From: Gammaproteobacteria bacterium
GTDB lineage: Bacteria > Pseudomonadota > Gammaproteobacteria > GCA-001735895
Direction of reading: 5' to 3'
DNA: 64,000 bases
Assembly: GCA_014382695.1 (NCBI GenBank)
Contig: JACNJF010000194.1
Coordinates: 861-64,860 of the forward strand
Shown in pieces: positions 29,475-38,134 of the stretch. Position 1 is the first letter of the stretch. Each line of letters begins with the position of its first letter. A model generated the notes under the pieces. The model was not told the origin of the DNA. It did not search any database and saw only the letters and a program-made list of their open reading frames with translations. A program made the translations under genes and the position numbers.

Positions 29475-31234
29475 GTTTAATAAGAAGAAAATTTGATGCC
29501 TTAATCATCGGCGCTGGCGGCGGCGGCTTACGCGCAGCGTTACAGCTTTCCCGCGCAGATGCCAACGTGGCCGTTGTTTCCAAAGTTTTCCCGACCCGTT
29601 CGCATACCGTTGCGGCGCAGGGTGGTGTGAATGCGGCGCTGGCGAATGTGCTGCCGGATAACTGGCACTGGCACATGTTTGATACCGTAAAGGGTAGCGA
29701 TTACCTGGGTGATCAGGACGCTATCGAGTATATGTGTCGAGTCGCACCGAAACTGGTGTATGAACTGGAACATTACGGGGTGCCTTTCTCACGCCTGGAT
29801 AACGGTAAGATTTATCAGCGTGCTTTCGGTGGGCAGAGTCAGAACTTTGGTGAAAAGCAGGCTGCCAGAACCTGTGCAGCGGCGGATCGAACCGGACATG
29901 CGATGCTGCATGCGCTGTATCAACAAAACATCCGTGCAAAAACCCATTTCTTTGATGAGTATTTTGCGACGGACATCATCAAGAACGAAGACGGTGTTGT
30001 ACTCGGTGCCATCATCGTCAGTATTCAAACCGGTGAAGCAATGCTGATCGAAGCCCGTACTACACTGCTGGCTACCGGCGGCGCTGGTCAGATTTACCGC
30101 ACCAATTCGAATGCATTGATCAATACTGGCGACGGTCTGGGTATGGTGTTAAGAGCCGATATTCCGTTGCAGGATATGGAATTTGTACAGTTTCACCCGA
30201 CTGGTATTGCCGGTATCGGCATGCTGATTACCGAAGGTTGTCGTGGCGAAGGTGGTTATCTGGTGAATGGCGATGGCGAACGCTTTATGGAGCGTTATGC
30301 ACCGAATGCCAAAGATCTGGCCAGTCGTGACGTGGTCAGTCGTTCTATCTTTCTTGAAGTGAAAGAGGGTAGAGGCTGCGGACCGGAAAAAGATTATGTG
30401 TTACTCAAACTGGATCATCTGGGTGCCGATACCATAATGAAACGCCTGCCGGGTATCCGTCAGTCCTGCATCACGTTCCTCGGTATAGACCCGATCAAAG
30501 AGCCGATTCCGGTTTATCCAACCTGTCATTATTTTATGGGTGGAATTCCGACCAACCGTAAGGGTGAAGTCGTGATGCCGGTTAAAGATACGCCGGAAGA
30601 AACCGTTCCCGGCCTGTATGCGGCGGGTGAATGTGCCTGCGTATCGGTGCATGGCGCGAACCGTCTGGGTGGCAACTCATTGCTCGATATCATTGTCTTT
30701 GGACGTGCTGCGGCGAATGAAATGATCAGCTATATGAAAGAAAACCAGTATCGCCTGCCGATGGATGAAAAAGCGGTGGAGAAGGCGATGGATCGTTTAC
30801 ATCGCTGGGATCGCAAGGGTAAGGGCGAAACCGTGGATGGACTGAAAGACGACCTGAAAAAAGTGATGGAGGATTACTGTGGCGTATACCGCACCCAGGA
30901 ATTACTCGATCAGGGTGTGATCGAAATGAAGAAAATTCGTGAACGCCTGCCGAATGTTTATATTGAAGACTTTTCCAGAACCTTCAATACGGCTCGTATA
31001 GAAGCCCTTGAGCTGGAAAATCTGGTCGATGTGGCGATGTGTACCGTAGTTGCTGCTGCCGCCAGACAGGAAAGTCGTGGAGCGCATTCACGTGTAGATT
31101 ATCCGGACCGGGATGATCAGAAGTGGATGAAACATAGCCTGTATTTCAAGAAAGATGACCGGATGGATTACAAACCCGTTCGCACCAAGCCATTGACGGT
31201 AGAATCATTTCCGCCTAAAGAACGCGTCTACTAG
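29471..31234 (+). CDS. sdhA: succinate dehydrogenase flavoprotein subunit
   Basis: 'FDALIIGAGGGGLRAA', 'RSHTVAAQGG', 'VQFHPTG', 'EGCRGEGG', 'HGANRLGGNSL'. Confidence 0.95.
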   Translation: MSLIRRKFDALIIGAGGGGLRAALQLSRADANVAVVSKVFPTRSHTVAAQGGVNAALANVLPDNWHWHMFDTVKGSDYLGDQDAIEYMCRVAPKLVYELEHYGVPFSRLDNGKIYQRAFGGQSQNFGEKQAARTCAAADRTGHAMLHALYQQNIRAKTHFFDEYFATDIIKNEDGVVLGAIIVSIQTGEAMLIEARTTLLATGGAGQIYRTNSNALINTGDGLGMVLRADIPLQDMEFVQFHPTGIAGIGMLITEGCRGEGGYLVNGDGERFMERYAPNAKDLASRDVVSRSIFLEVKEGRGCGPEKDYVLLKLDHLGADTIMKRLPGIRQSCITFLGIDPIKEPIPVYPTCHYFMGGIPTNRKGEVVMPVKDTPEETVPGLYAAGECACVSVHGANRLGGNSLLDIIVFGRAAANEMISYMKENQYRLPMDEKAVEKAMDRLHRWDRKGKGETVDGLKDDLKKVMEDYCGVYRTQELLDQGVIEMKKIRERLPNVYIEDFSRTFNTARIEALELENLVDVAMCTVVAAAARQESRGAHSRVDYPDRDDQKWMKHSLYFKKDDRMDYKPVRTKPLTVESFPPKERVY

Positions 31235-31245
31235 GAGTCTGGGCC

Positions 31246-31941
31246 ATGAAATTCAATATTTTTAGATTTAATCCGGAAACCGATACAAAACCCTACATTC
31301 AGAGTTATGAATTACCGGGTGTGAATCCGGAAATGATGTTACTCGATGCTATTTTGACCCTGAAGAAAAAGGACCCGACACTTGGCTTTAGAAAGTCCTG
31401 TCGTGAAGGGGTGTGTGGTTCCGATGGGATGAATGTGAATGGGGTTAATCGTCTGGCCTGTGTAACGCGCCTGTCTGAATTGAGTGACCCGATTGAACTG
31501 CGTCCATTACCTGGATTGCCGGTTATTCGTGATCTGATCATCGATATGGAGCAGTTTTATAAGCAGTATCGCGCGGTTAAGCCGTATCTGATCGGCTCTG
31601 AACCAGAGCCTGAAGTGGAACGCCTGCAAACACCAAAGCAGCGCGAGTTACTGGATGGTCTGTATGAATGTATTCTGTGTGGCTGTTGCTCGACGGCCTG
31701 TCCGTCGTTCTGGTGGAACCCGGATAAATTCCTGGGTCCTGCAGCGCTGCTACAGGCGTCACGTTTTATCGAAGACAGTCGTGATGAAGCCACGGTTGAG
31801 CGTCTGGAACAGCTGGATGATGCTTACAAGCTATATCGTTGCCATACCATCATGAACTGTGTACAGGTTTGCCCGAAAGAGTTGAATCCAACCAAAGCTA
31901 TCGGTCGAATCAAAGAACGCATGGTACAGAAAAAACTATAG
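31246..31941 (+). CDS. sdhB: succinate dehydrogenase iron-sulfur subunit
   Basis: Cys clusters 'CREGVCGSD', 'CILCGCCSTACP', 'CHTIMNCVQVCP'. Confidence 0.95.
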   Translation: MKFNIFRFNPETDTKPYIQSYELPGVNPEMMLLDAILTLKKKDPTLGFRKSCREGVCGSDGMNVNGVNRLACVTRLSELSDPIELRPLPGLPVIRDLIIDMEQFYKQYRAVKPYLIGSEPEPEVERLQTPKQRELLDGLYECILCGCCSTACPSFWWNPDKFLGPAALLQASRFIEDSRDEATVERLEQLDDAYKLYRCHTIMNCVQVCPKELNPTKAIGRIKERMVQKKL

Positions 31942-32196
31942 ATGAAAAAAAAATACGAAACACTGTCTGAGTTAAGATGGCAGTGCCGTCGTGGCATGCT
32001 GGAGCTGGATGTATTTCTACAGAAATTCGTCCAGCATGGCTATAGCAAACTGAATGAACAGGAACGCCAGGATTTCTATGAACTGCTGGAATATCCTGAT
32101 CAGGAGTTACTGGAACTATTATTAGCCCAGGTCTCATCAACGGAGCAGCATATCAATGACATCGCCGGCAAAATCCGACAATGTGCTGCGCTATAA
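31942..32196 (+). CDS. sdhE: FAD assembly factor SdhE
   Basis: 84 aa with 'RWQCRRGMLELD' (the RGxxE motif). Its ATG abuts the sdhB stop codon. Confidence 0.85.
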   Translation: MKKKYETLSELRWQCRRGMLELDVFLQKFVQHGYSKLNEQERQDFYELLEYPDQELLELLLAQVSSTEQHINDIAGKIRQCAAL

Positions 32197-32599
32197 ACTT
32201 CGTTATTCTCGATTCCTGTTTAAACTCGAAGTCCTAACTTCGCTAATACTTCTGGCCAGCCTGCTGGCCGGTCGCTTCGACCTCTGGCTGTTGCCGGCAC
32301 TCTGTATTTATCTGCTACTCATCTTCATTTTTTTTGCAAAATACTCCATTATCCGACAGTTTGGATCGCACTCTGCCGTTGAATTCAGATCTTCACCGGA
32401 GCGCCTGATCTGGTATGATCAAAACACCGAAACCGATTTTCTACAGGAAGAAATAGACGTTATAATAACTCGGTGGTTTGTGCTGTTAAAACTGGGAAAA
32501 AGACCCAATCAAATGAATCGGGTAATGCTAAAGGATAGCTTCGATGATATGAACCACTACTCCAGTTTTAGAAGGCAAATATTACTTAAGCTCAGGTGA
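32156..32599 (+). CDS. YgfX (CptA)-like inner-membrane protein
   Basis: Two TM helices are followed by 'VMLKDSFDDMNHYSSFRRQIL', which parallels E. coli YgfX 'LWLAADSMDEAEWRDLRRILL'. It sits downstream of sdhE, as in E. coli. The start could be GTG 32183. Confidence 0.6.
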   Translation: MTSPAKSDNVLRYKLRYSRFLFKLEVLTSLILLASLLAGRFDLWLLPALCIYLLLIFIFFAKYSIIRQFGSHSAVEFRSSPERLIWYDQNTETDFLQEEIDVIITRWFVLLKLGKRPNQMNRVMLKDSFDDMNHYSSFRRQILLKLR

Positions 32600-33072
32600 A
32601 TTTACGCATGCTCGCTGATTTTGGATCGATCAATTCTGCTCACATAGTTAAGCCGAAAACCTTTTCGGGCCTGATGGATGTTTACGAACAGAACTATATC
32701 CGACTAAAAAAAATTGTCCCTGATCTTGGCATCGCTGATGAAATGATTTCAGTGACACCGGGCCATCTTGATCTTTATCTTTCGGTTAGCATGCGCTGCA
32801 AATTCACCACCATGTTACGCCTGACCTACCGCTTTCATGACGCGGATAAAGTAATCTGCCAGCCGGATATGCATATCCGTATTTACCATGATGCCCGGAT
32901 CGCAGAGGTTCAGGATCGTCTCGATAGAAAACGGCATCGAATCTACAGTGGGAATAGTCTGCAGCAAAAATGGCATCTCAACCGTTTTCTTTATAAATGG
33001 CTGGGTTACTGTATTTATCAGGGCCATTATTTCCATCCAGTGTCAAATTTGAAGCAATTTTCAAAGTTGTAG
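32596..33072 (+). CDS. DUF1249 (YqiB-like) protein
   Basis: 'LMDVYEQNYIRLKKIVPDL' and the size fit my recollection of DUF1249. A GTGA overlap links it to the previous gene. Confidence 0.6.
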   Translation: MNLRMLADFGSINSAHIVKPKTFSGLMDVYEQNYIRLKKIVPDLGIADEMISVTPGHLDLYLSVSMRCKFTTMLRLTYRFHDADKVICQPDMHIRIYHDARIAEVQDRLDRKRHRIYSGNSLQQKWHLNRFLYKWLGYCIYQGHYFHPVSNLKQFSKL

Positions 33073-33151
33073 TTAATTCTAGATAAGCTCTGTAAGTGTC
33101 TGTAAATTAATAAAATATAGCCGATAAAGTTATTGTCAATATAATTAGGCC

Positions 33152-33180
33152 TTGACGTAAACCTGAGCTTCAGATAAATT
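33152..33180 (+). promoter_or_regulatory. candidate sigma70 promoter of iscR
   Basis: TTGACG (33152-33157), a 17-nt spacer, then TAAATT (33175-33180), 36 nt upstream of the iscR ATG. Confidence 0.45.
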
Positions 33181-33202
33181 CCTGACTAAATTAGTCGGGA
33201 AT
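33178..33202 (+). promoter_or_regulatory. type-1 IscR binding site
   Basis: ATTCCTGACTAAATTAGTCGGGAAT is a near-perfect palindrome. It fits the type-1 consensus ATASYYGACTRWWWYAGTCRRSTAT and overlaps the -10 and the predicted transcription start. Confidence 0.6.
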
Positions 33203-33215
33203 TAAGAGGAAGCAC

Positions 33216-33686
33216 ATGAAACTATCAACAAAAGGTCGTTATGCGGTAACTGCGATGATGGATATTGCACTTCACGAAAAAGTAGGTCCTGTTACTTTGG
33301 CCGATATCTCTCAATGTCAGGGCATTTCACTGTCCTACCTGGAACAGTTGTTTTCTAAATTACGTAATAATGGACTGGTGAAAGGTGTCAGAGGTCCTGG
33401 CGGTGGCTATAGACTAGCCAAACCGGCGCATCAAATCTCTGTTGCCGATATCATCGATTCTGTCGATGAAAAGCTGGATCTGACTAAATGTGGTGGTAAG
33501 GGTAATTGTAACAAGGGTGAAAAGTGTTTAACCCACAAACTCTGGTATGACCTGACCTGTGATTTGCATCGTTATCTGGGCGGTATCAAGCTCGATCAAT
33601 ACGTTAACCGTCCTCAGATCAGTGAATTAGTTAAAAAACAGGATGTACAATACGGCAGATTTTTGAATCGCCGTTCGGCAGCCTGA
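33216..33686 (+). CDS. iscR: Fe-S cluster assembly transcriptional regulator IscR (Rrf2 family)
   Basis: 'MKLSTKGRYAVTAMMDIAL', 'ISLSYLEQLFSKLR', and a Cys cluster 'C..GNCNKGEKCLTH'. Confidence 0.9.
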   Translation: MKLSTKGRYAVTAMMDIALHEKVGPVTLADISQCQGISLSYLEQLFSKLRNNGLVKGVRGPGGGYRLAKPAHQISVADIIDSVDEKLDLTKCGGKGNCNKGEKCLTHKLWYDLTCDLHRYLGGIKLDQYVNRPQISELVKKQDVQYGRFLNRRSAA

Positions 33687-33737
33687 AGGTTGCGATTTAT
33701 AAACCCAATTTAATGATAAAGCTAAAGAGTATTATTG

Positions 33738-34961
33738 ATGAGTAATTTAAGACTTCCAATTTATCTGGATTACAGTGCTACAACGCCAATTGATCAGCGC
33801 GTCGCTGCTAAAATGGCAGAATATCTGACTATAGAGGGTCAGTTTGGTAACCCTGCCTCGCGCAGTCATGCGTTTGGCTGGAAAGCAGAAGAAGCGGTAG
33901 AGCTTGCCCGTAAGCAGGTTGCTGAGCTGGTGAATGCCGATCCACGTGAAATTATCTGGACCAGTGGAGCCACCGAGTCTGATAATCTGGCGATTAAGGG
34001 TGCTGCACACTTTTATAAGAAAAAAGGTAACCATATCATTACTGTTAAAACCGAGCATAAAGCGGTTTTAGATACCACCAGACAACTGGAACGAGAAGGT
34101 TTCGAAGTTACTTATCTGACCCCGGAAGACAATGGCTTGCTGGATCTGGAAAAGCTCAGGGCTGCAATGCGTGATAGCACGATCATTGTTTCTGTGATGC
34201 ATGTTAATAATGAAATCGGTGTGATTCAGGATATCGCCACTATTGGTGAAATATGCCGCGAAAAAGGGATTATTTTTCATGTCGATGCAGCGCAGTCACC
34301 CGGCAAGGTGACGATCGATCTGGCTGAATTGAAGGTTGATCTGATGTCGTTTTCCGGTCATAAGATTTATGGACCAAAAGGTATTGGCGCCCTGTATGTG
34401 AGGCGCAAGCCACGCATCCGTCTGGAAGCCCAGATGCATGGTGGTGGACATGAACGAGGATTGCGCTCTGGAACACTGGCTACCCATCAAATCGTCGGTA
34501 TGGGTGAAGCGTTCCGAATCGCCAAGGAAGAGATGGCGACCGAAAATGAGCGTATCCGTATGCTACGTGATCGGCTGTATAACGGCCTTAACGATATGGA
34601 AGAGGTTTACCTGAATGGTGATCTGGAGCATCGTATTGCCGGCAATCTGAATATCAGTTTTAATTTTGTGGAAGGCGAGTCGCTGATTATGGCTTTACGT
34701 GATCTTGCGGTTTCATCAGGCTCTGCCTGTACTTCTGCCAGTCTGGAGCCATCCTATGTGCTGAGAGCATTAGGACGTAACGATGAGCTGGCGCATAGTT
34801 CCATCCGCTTTACGCTGGGACGCTATACGACGGTTGAAGAAGTGGATTACACCATTGAGCTGGTGAGAAAGGCAGTGACCAAGCTGCGAGAGCTTTCACC
34901 CCTGTGGGATATGTATAAGGCAGGTATAGATTTAAACTCCGTTGAATGGGTTGCCCATTAA
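33738..34961 (+). CDS. iscS: cysteine desulfurase IscS
   Basis: '[11 protein letters not shown]', 'SGATESDN', '[12 protein letters not shown]', 'SSGSACTS', and the C-terminal 'WDMYK.GIDL..VEW'. Confidence 0.95.
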   Translation: MSNLRLPIYLDYSATTPIDQRVAAKMAEYLTIEGQFGNPASRSHAFGWKAEEAVELARKQVAELVNADPREIIWTSGATESDNLAIKGAAHFYKKKGNHIITVKTEHKAVLDTTRQLEREGFEVTYLTPEDNGLLDLEKLRAAMRDSTIIVSVMHVNNEIGVIQDIATIGEICREKGIIFHVDAAQSPGKVTIDLAELKVDLMSFSGHKIYGPKGIGALYVRRKPRIRLEAQMHGGGHERGLRSGTLATHQIVGMGEAFRIAKEEMATENERIRMLRDRLYNGLNDMEEVYLNGDLEHRIAGNLNISFNFVEGESLIMALRDLAVSSGSACTSASLEPSYVLRALGRNDELAHSSIRFTLGRYTTVEEVDYTIELVRKAVTKLRELSPLWDMYKAGIDLNSVEWVAH

Positions 34962-34985
34962 CGCAAAACTATTGAGGTAATCGAA

Positions 34986-35363
34986 ATGGCATATAGTGAA
35001 AAAGTACTGGATCATTATGAGAATCCGCGCAACGTCGGCGTAATCGATGAAGATGACAGTGTAGGCACCGGTATGGTTGGTGCTCCTGCCTGTGGTGATG
35101 TGATGAAGCTACAGATCAAGGTTAGTAAAGATGGCATTATTGAAGATGCTAAATTTAAAACCTATGGCTGTGGTTCAGCGATTGCATCCAGCTCGCTGGT
35201 AACCGAATGGGTAAAGGGTAAAACCCTGGATCAGGCGGCAGAAATCAAAAATACCCATATTGCTGAAGAGCTGGCCTTACCACCGGTTAAGATCCATTGC
35301 TCGGTACTGGCAGAAGATGCGATTGCTGCTGCAATCTCCAACTACCGACAGAAACATCAGTAA
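34986..35363 (+). CDS. iscU: Fe-S cluster scaffold IscU
   Basis: 'MAYSEKVLDHYENPRNVG', 'GAPACGDVMKLQ', 'KTYGCGSAIASSS', 'LPPVKIHCSVLAEDA'. Confidence 0.95.
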   Translation: MAYSEKVLDHYENPRNVGVIDEDDSVGTGMVGAPACGDVMKLQIKVSKDGIIEDAKFKTYGCGSAIASSSLVTEWVKGKTLDQAAEIKNTHIAEELALPPVKIHCSVLAEDAIAAAISNYRQKHQ

Positions 35364-35374
35364 ATGTGAGACAG

Positions 35375-35403
35375 AAAAAGCCTGCGTAAGCAGGCTTTTT
35401 TTT
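35375..35403 (+). terminator. rho-independent terminator immediately after iscU
   Basis: AAAAAGCCTGC, loop GTAA, GCAGGCTTTTT, then a T-run of 8. Confidence 0.85.
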
Positions 35404-35414
35404 GAGCTGAATCC

Positions 35415-35606
35415 ATGCTAACGAACAACTTGCCGAACTGGGCCAGATGGATTGCGATGGATGAAGATGGTTGCTGGTGGTGTTATGAAGCCGAACCGCA
35501 GCAGCATGATCGTGGGTGGTATGAGAATGAAGTGGGGCGAACTCAGCGTTTAAAATTAATACGCCAGACAGACTGGCAACATAGTCTGCAAAAAGTGCCT
35601 GGCTAA
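35415..35606 (+). CDS. hypothetical Trp-rich small protein (63 aa)
   Basis: The ORF begins just after the terminator. It has 7 Trp in 63 aa ('WARWIAMDEDGCWWCYE'). No family recognised. Confidence 0.4.
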   Translation: MLTNNLPNWARWIAMDEDGCWWCYEAEPQQHDRGWYENEVGRTQRLKLIRQTDWQHSLQKVPG

Positions 35607-35611
35607 AACGG

Positions 35612-36166
35612 TTAGAGTGTAGTGTTTCCTGCGGGCCCGATATTCATTCCTATCGACAGTCGATAGTGCTCGGATCTGTTTTCAGTGACACGATGGGGAG
35701 TCGCGGGGTCAAAAAAGATGAAATTCCCGCTAACTGGTTTGATGACGATGCTCTGTTCTGGTGTTTCGAGTACCAGGTCACCCGAATTTTCAGGCACCGA
35801 CAGATAGATAACCCCGGAAATTAATTCGTCAAAATCATCATGTCGATGCAGTGTTGTGACATGCCCGGGTTGCATCAGGTTGAACCAGTAGCCGATCTTT
35901 AACTCATCTGTGCACATGCCAAGTAGTTCTGCACAGTAGCCCAGGCTTTCTTCGAGTAGCCTTTCTAAATCGGTATTTTGAATGGTTTTCAGATAGATAT
36001 TTTCAAACCGTTGATGAAAATAATGGGTCTTTTTGAGGTTATTAGCATTCTGCTCCAGCTGTTGCTGCAGGTAGCGATCGATAGCACTAAGCTGGGAGGC
36101 GCTTAACTGGCTGATTCGCCGGATATAGGGGGTTTGGCTAAATAATCTCGGTGTGACGAGTGACAC
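35612..36166 (-). CDS. putative 2OG-Fe(II) oxygenase-fold protein (TIGR02466-like)
   Basis: 'LHRHDDFD...SGVIYLSVPENSGDLVL...FFDPATPHRVTEN' supplies an HxD...H facial triad in a double-stranded beta-helix context. Confidence 0.55.
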   Translation of the reverse strand: MSLVTPRLFSQTPYIRRISQLSASQLSAIDRYLQQQLEQNANNLKKTHYFHQRFENIYLKTIQNTDLERLLEESLGYCAELLGMCTDELKIGYWFNLMQPGHVTTLHRHDDFDELISGVIYLSVPENSGDLVLETPEQSIVIKPVSGNFIFFDPATPHRVTENRSEHYRLSIGMNIGPAGNTTL

Positions 36167-36239
36167 GACAGTATCAAAGGTAGAGTACGGATAAATAAAT
36201 GCGGGTCAGAGTTTTCTGGCCCGCATTGTGTCGACCCGA

Positions 36240-36431
36240 TTACTTCCAGTTTTCGAAGTTATCCGTTGATTTTTCCTGACCATCTTCGTAACCAGCAGAA
36301 TAGGCATCGTTAACCTGTTGCTCTTCTCTTTCCGGATGACCCAGGTAACCACCCTGCCAGCCGATTATGTATTGTTCCTGTAAACCCATTTCTTCCATTT
36401 TAGTCGTTGCATCACGATAAGCTTGATCCAT
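36240..36431 (-). CDS. hypothetical acidic small protein (63 aa)
   Basis: The ORF has 'gaggagaatgtt' (GAGGAG) just upstream of the ATG. No family recognised. Confidence 0.45.
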   Translation of the reverse strand: MDQAYRDATTKMEEMGLQEQYIIGWQGGYLGHPEREEQQVNDAYSAGYEDGQEKSTDNFENWK

Positions 36432-36597
36432 AACATTCTCCTCAAATTCAGACGATAAAAAAAGATTATTTGGCGCTGTAGCGCACTCGTAAGAATTGCC
36501 ACAGGCCGAAAAATGTGAGTATTTTACTAGAAAAAACGCAGTTTATAATATCTCTATTGGGAGTATGCGTGGATTTACGTCCCATCAGGGATATTCG

Positions 36598-36623
36598 AAT
36601 AATAATGAATAATGATTATTATT
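36598..36623. repeat. AT-only inverted repeat upstream of the Sel1 gene
   Basis: AATAATAAT (36598-36606), an 8-nt spacer, then ATTATTATT (36615-36623), about 35 nt upstream of ATG 36657. Confidence 0.5.
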
Positions 36624-36656
36624 ATCAACAGTTTATTTATCAGGAGTATATATTTG

Positions 36657-37082
36657 ATGACTACCGATGCTGATATGAATTTTATTAGTGGTATGTCGGC
36701 CTTTGAATCTAAAGAGTTCATCCGCGCCGTACAGTTTTTACTACCCTTTGCCGAAAAAGGTGACCCGGATGCCCAGCACCGTGTTGCTATCATGTACCAA
36801 AATGGTCTGGGCATGGTGAAAAAGGAAGCACTGGCTTTCAAGTGGATGAAAGCGGCCGCTGACCAGGGCCATGCGGTTGCACAGCATGGACTCGGGTTTA
36901 TGTATATGGATGGCGATTGTGTTGAAAAGGATGGCGCCAAAGCGGTTGAATGGTTTAGCAAGGCTGCCGATCAGGGGCTGGTCGGCTCGATGACGACACT
37001 TGCCATGATGTATGAATCTGGTGATGGGATTGAGAAAGACCCAGAGAAAGCAAAAGAACTTTACGCGAAGGCGGGGTTTTAA
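36657..37082 (+). CDS. Sel1-repeat (TPR-like) protein
   Basis: Three to four Sel1 repeats ('GDPDAQHRVAIMYQNGLGMVKKEALAFKWMKAAADQGHAVAQHGLGFMYMDG..V.KD..KAVEWFSKAADQG'). An AGGAG SD precedes ATG 36657; the ORF is open from 36612. Confidence 0.8.
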   Translation: MTTDADMNFISGMSAFESKEFIRAVQFLLPFAEKGDPDAQHRVAIMYQNGLGMVKKEALAFKWMKAAADQGHAVAQHGLGFMYMDGDCVEKDGAKAVEWFSKAADQGLVGSMTTLAMMYESGDGIEKDPEKAKELYAKAGF

Positions 37083-38125
37083 TGCGTCCTGCGTTTTTGT
37101 CCAAAGTTCTGGAAGAAGAACTACTGGGAACGCTTAAAGGTCATCACACACCGGTGATGGTATGGGGCCCGCCAGGGGTTGGCAAATCACAGATCGTGCT
37201 GCAGATTGGGCAAACCCATAAGCTGCCGGTGATCGATATCCGGCTATCTCAGATGGAACCGAGCGATTTGCGCGGTATCCCGTTTAAACAGGGCAGTAAG
37301 GTTGAATGGGCGGTACCTTCGATGTTGCCCGATGCTAAAACCCATGGCAGTTCAGGCATTCTGTTTCTGGATGAAATAAATTCGGCAGCCCCTTCGGTGT
37401 CAGCAGCGGCCTATCAGCTTATCCTGGATCGCCGACTGGGGAACTATGAAGTACCGCAGGGCTGGGCCATCTTTGCTGCCGGCAACCGACAGGGCGATCG
37501 TGGAGTGACCTATGCGATGCCTGCACCACTGGCGAATCGCTTCTCACATTATGAAATCGATCTGCATCTGGATGACTGGGTGGCCTGGGCCTATAAAAAC
37601 GGTATCGATGAACGCATCATCGGTTTTTTACGTTTTCGCCCGGAGTTACTGTTTGATTTTGATCCGGCGCACAACCCGGTCGCTTTTCCATCACCGCGTT
37701 CCTGGGAGTTTGCTCATCGCGCATTACAAAAATTTATCGATTACCCGAATCTGTTGCTGGGTTCGTTACAGGCCTGTGTTGGTCCTGCGGCAGGAATCGA
37801 ATGTCATGCGTTTATTGAAAGTCTGGATCAAATGCCGGATCTGGATAAGATTATCAATGGTGAAGACATCAAGGCACCGGATGAAATCGACCTGCAATAT
37901 GCAGTGGCTTCTGCACTGGTAGGCCGTGCGATTCGTGCTCAGTCGAGCGCGCAGTCGGCGACTATCTATGGCAATATCCTTAACTATGCGGGTCGTTTTC
38001 CGCAGCGTGAAATGGGTGTAATGCTGGTATCGGATATGCATCGGGCGATTGGTAATGATCTGTTTGAACTGACCGAATTTGCCAGCTGGGCCGATTCTAT
38101 TGCCGATCTGATTCTGTACGACTGA
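37082..38125 (+). CDS. MoxR/AAA_5-type AAA+ ATPase
   Basis: Walker A 'GPPGVGKS', Walker B 'ILFLDEIN', 'AAGNRQGDRG', 'PLANRF'. Its start overlaps the Sel1 stop (TAATG). Confidence 0.85.
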   Translation: MRPAFLSKVLEEELLGTLKGHHTPVMVWGPPGVGKSQIVLQIGQTHKLPVIDIRLSQMEPSDLRGIPFKQGSKVEWAVPSMLPDAKTHGSSGILFLDEINSAAPSVSAAAYQLILDRRLGNYEVPQGWAIFAAGNRQGDRGVTYAMPAPLANRFSHYEIDLHLDDWVAWAYKNGIDERIIGFLRFRPELLFDFDPAHNPVAFPSPRSWEFAHRALQKFIDYPNLLLGSLQACVGPAAGIECHAFIESLDQMPDLDKIINGEDIKAPDEIDLQYAVASALVGRAIRAQSSAQSATIYGNILNYAGRFPQREMGVMLVSDMHRAIGNDLFELTEFASWADSIADLILYD

Positions 38126-38134
38126 TGACGGTTC

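Noticed and set aside
32156-32196. The 41-nt overlap between sdhE and the ygfX-like ORF as a programmed frameshift or a fused gene.
   Set aside because: Both ORFs have their own plausible starts, and GTG 32183 shortens the overlap. There is no slippery heptamer. In E. coli the two proteins are separate.
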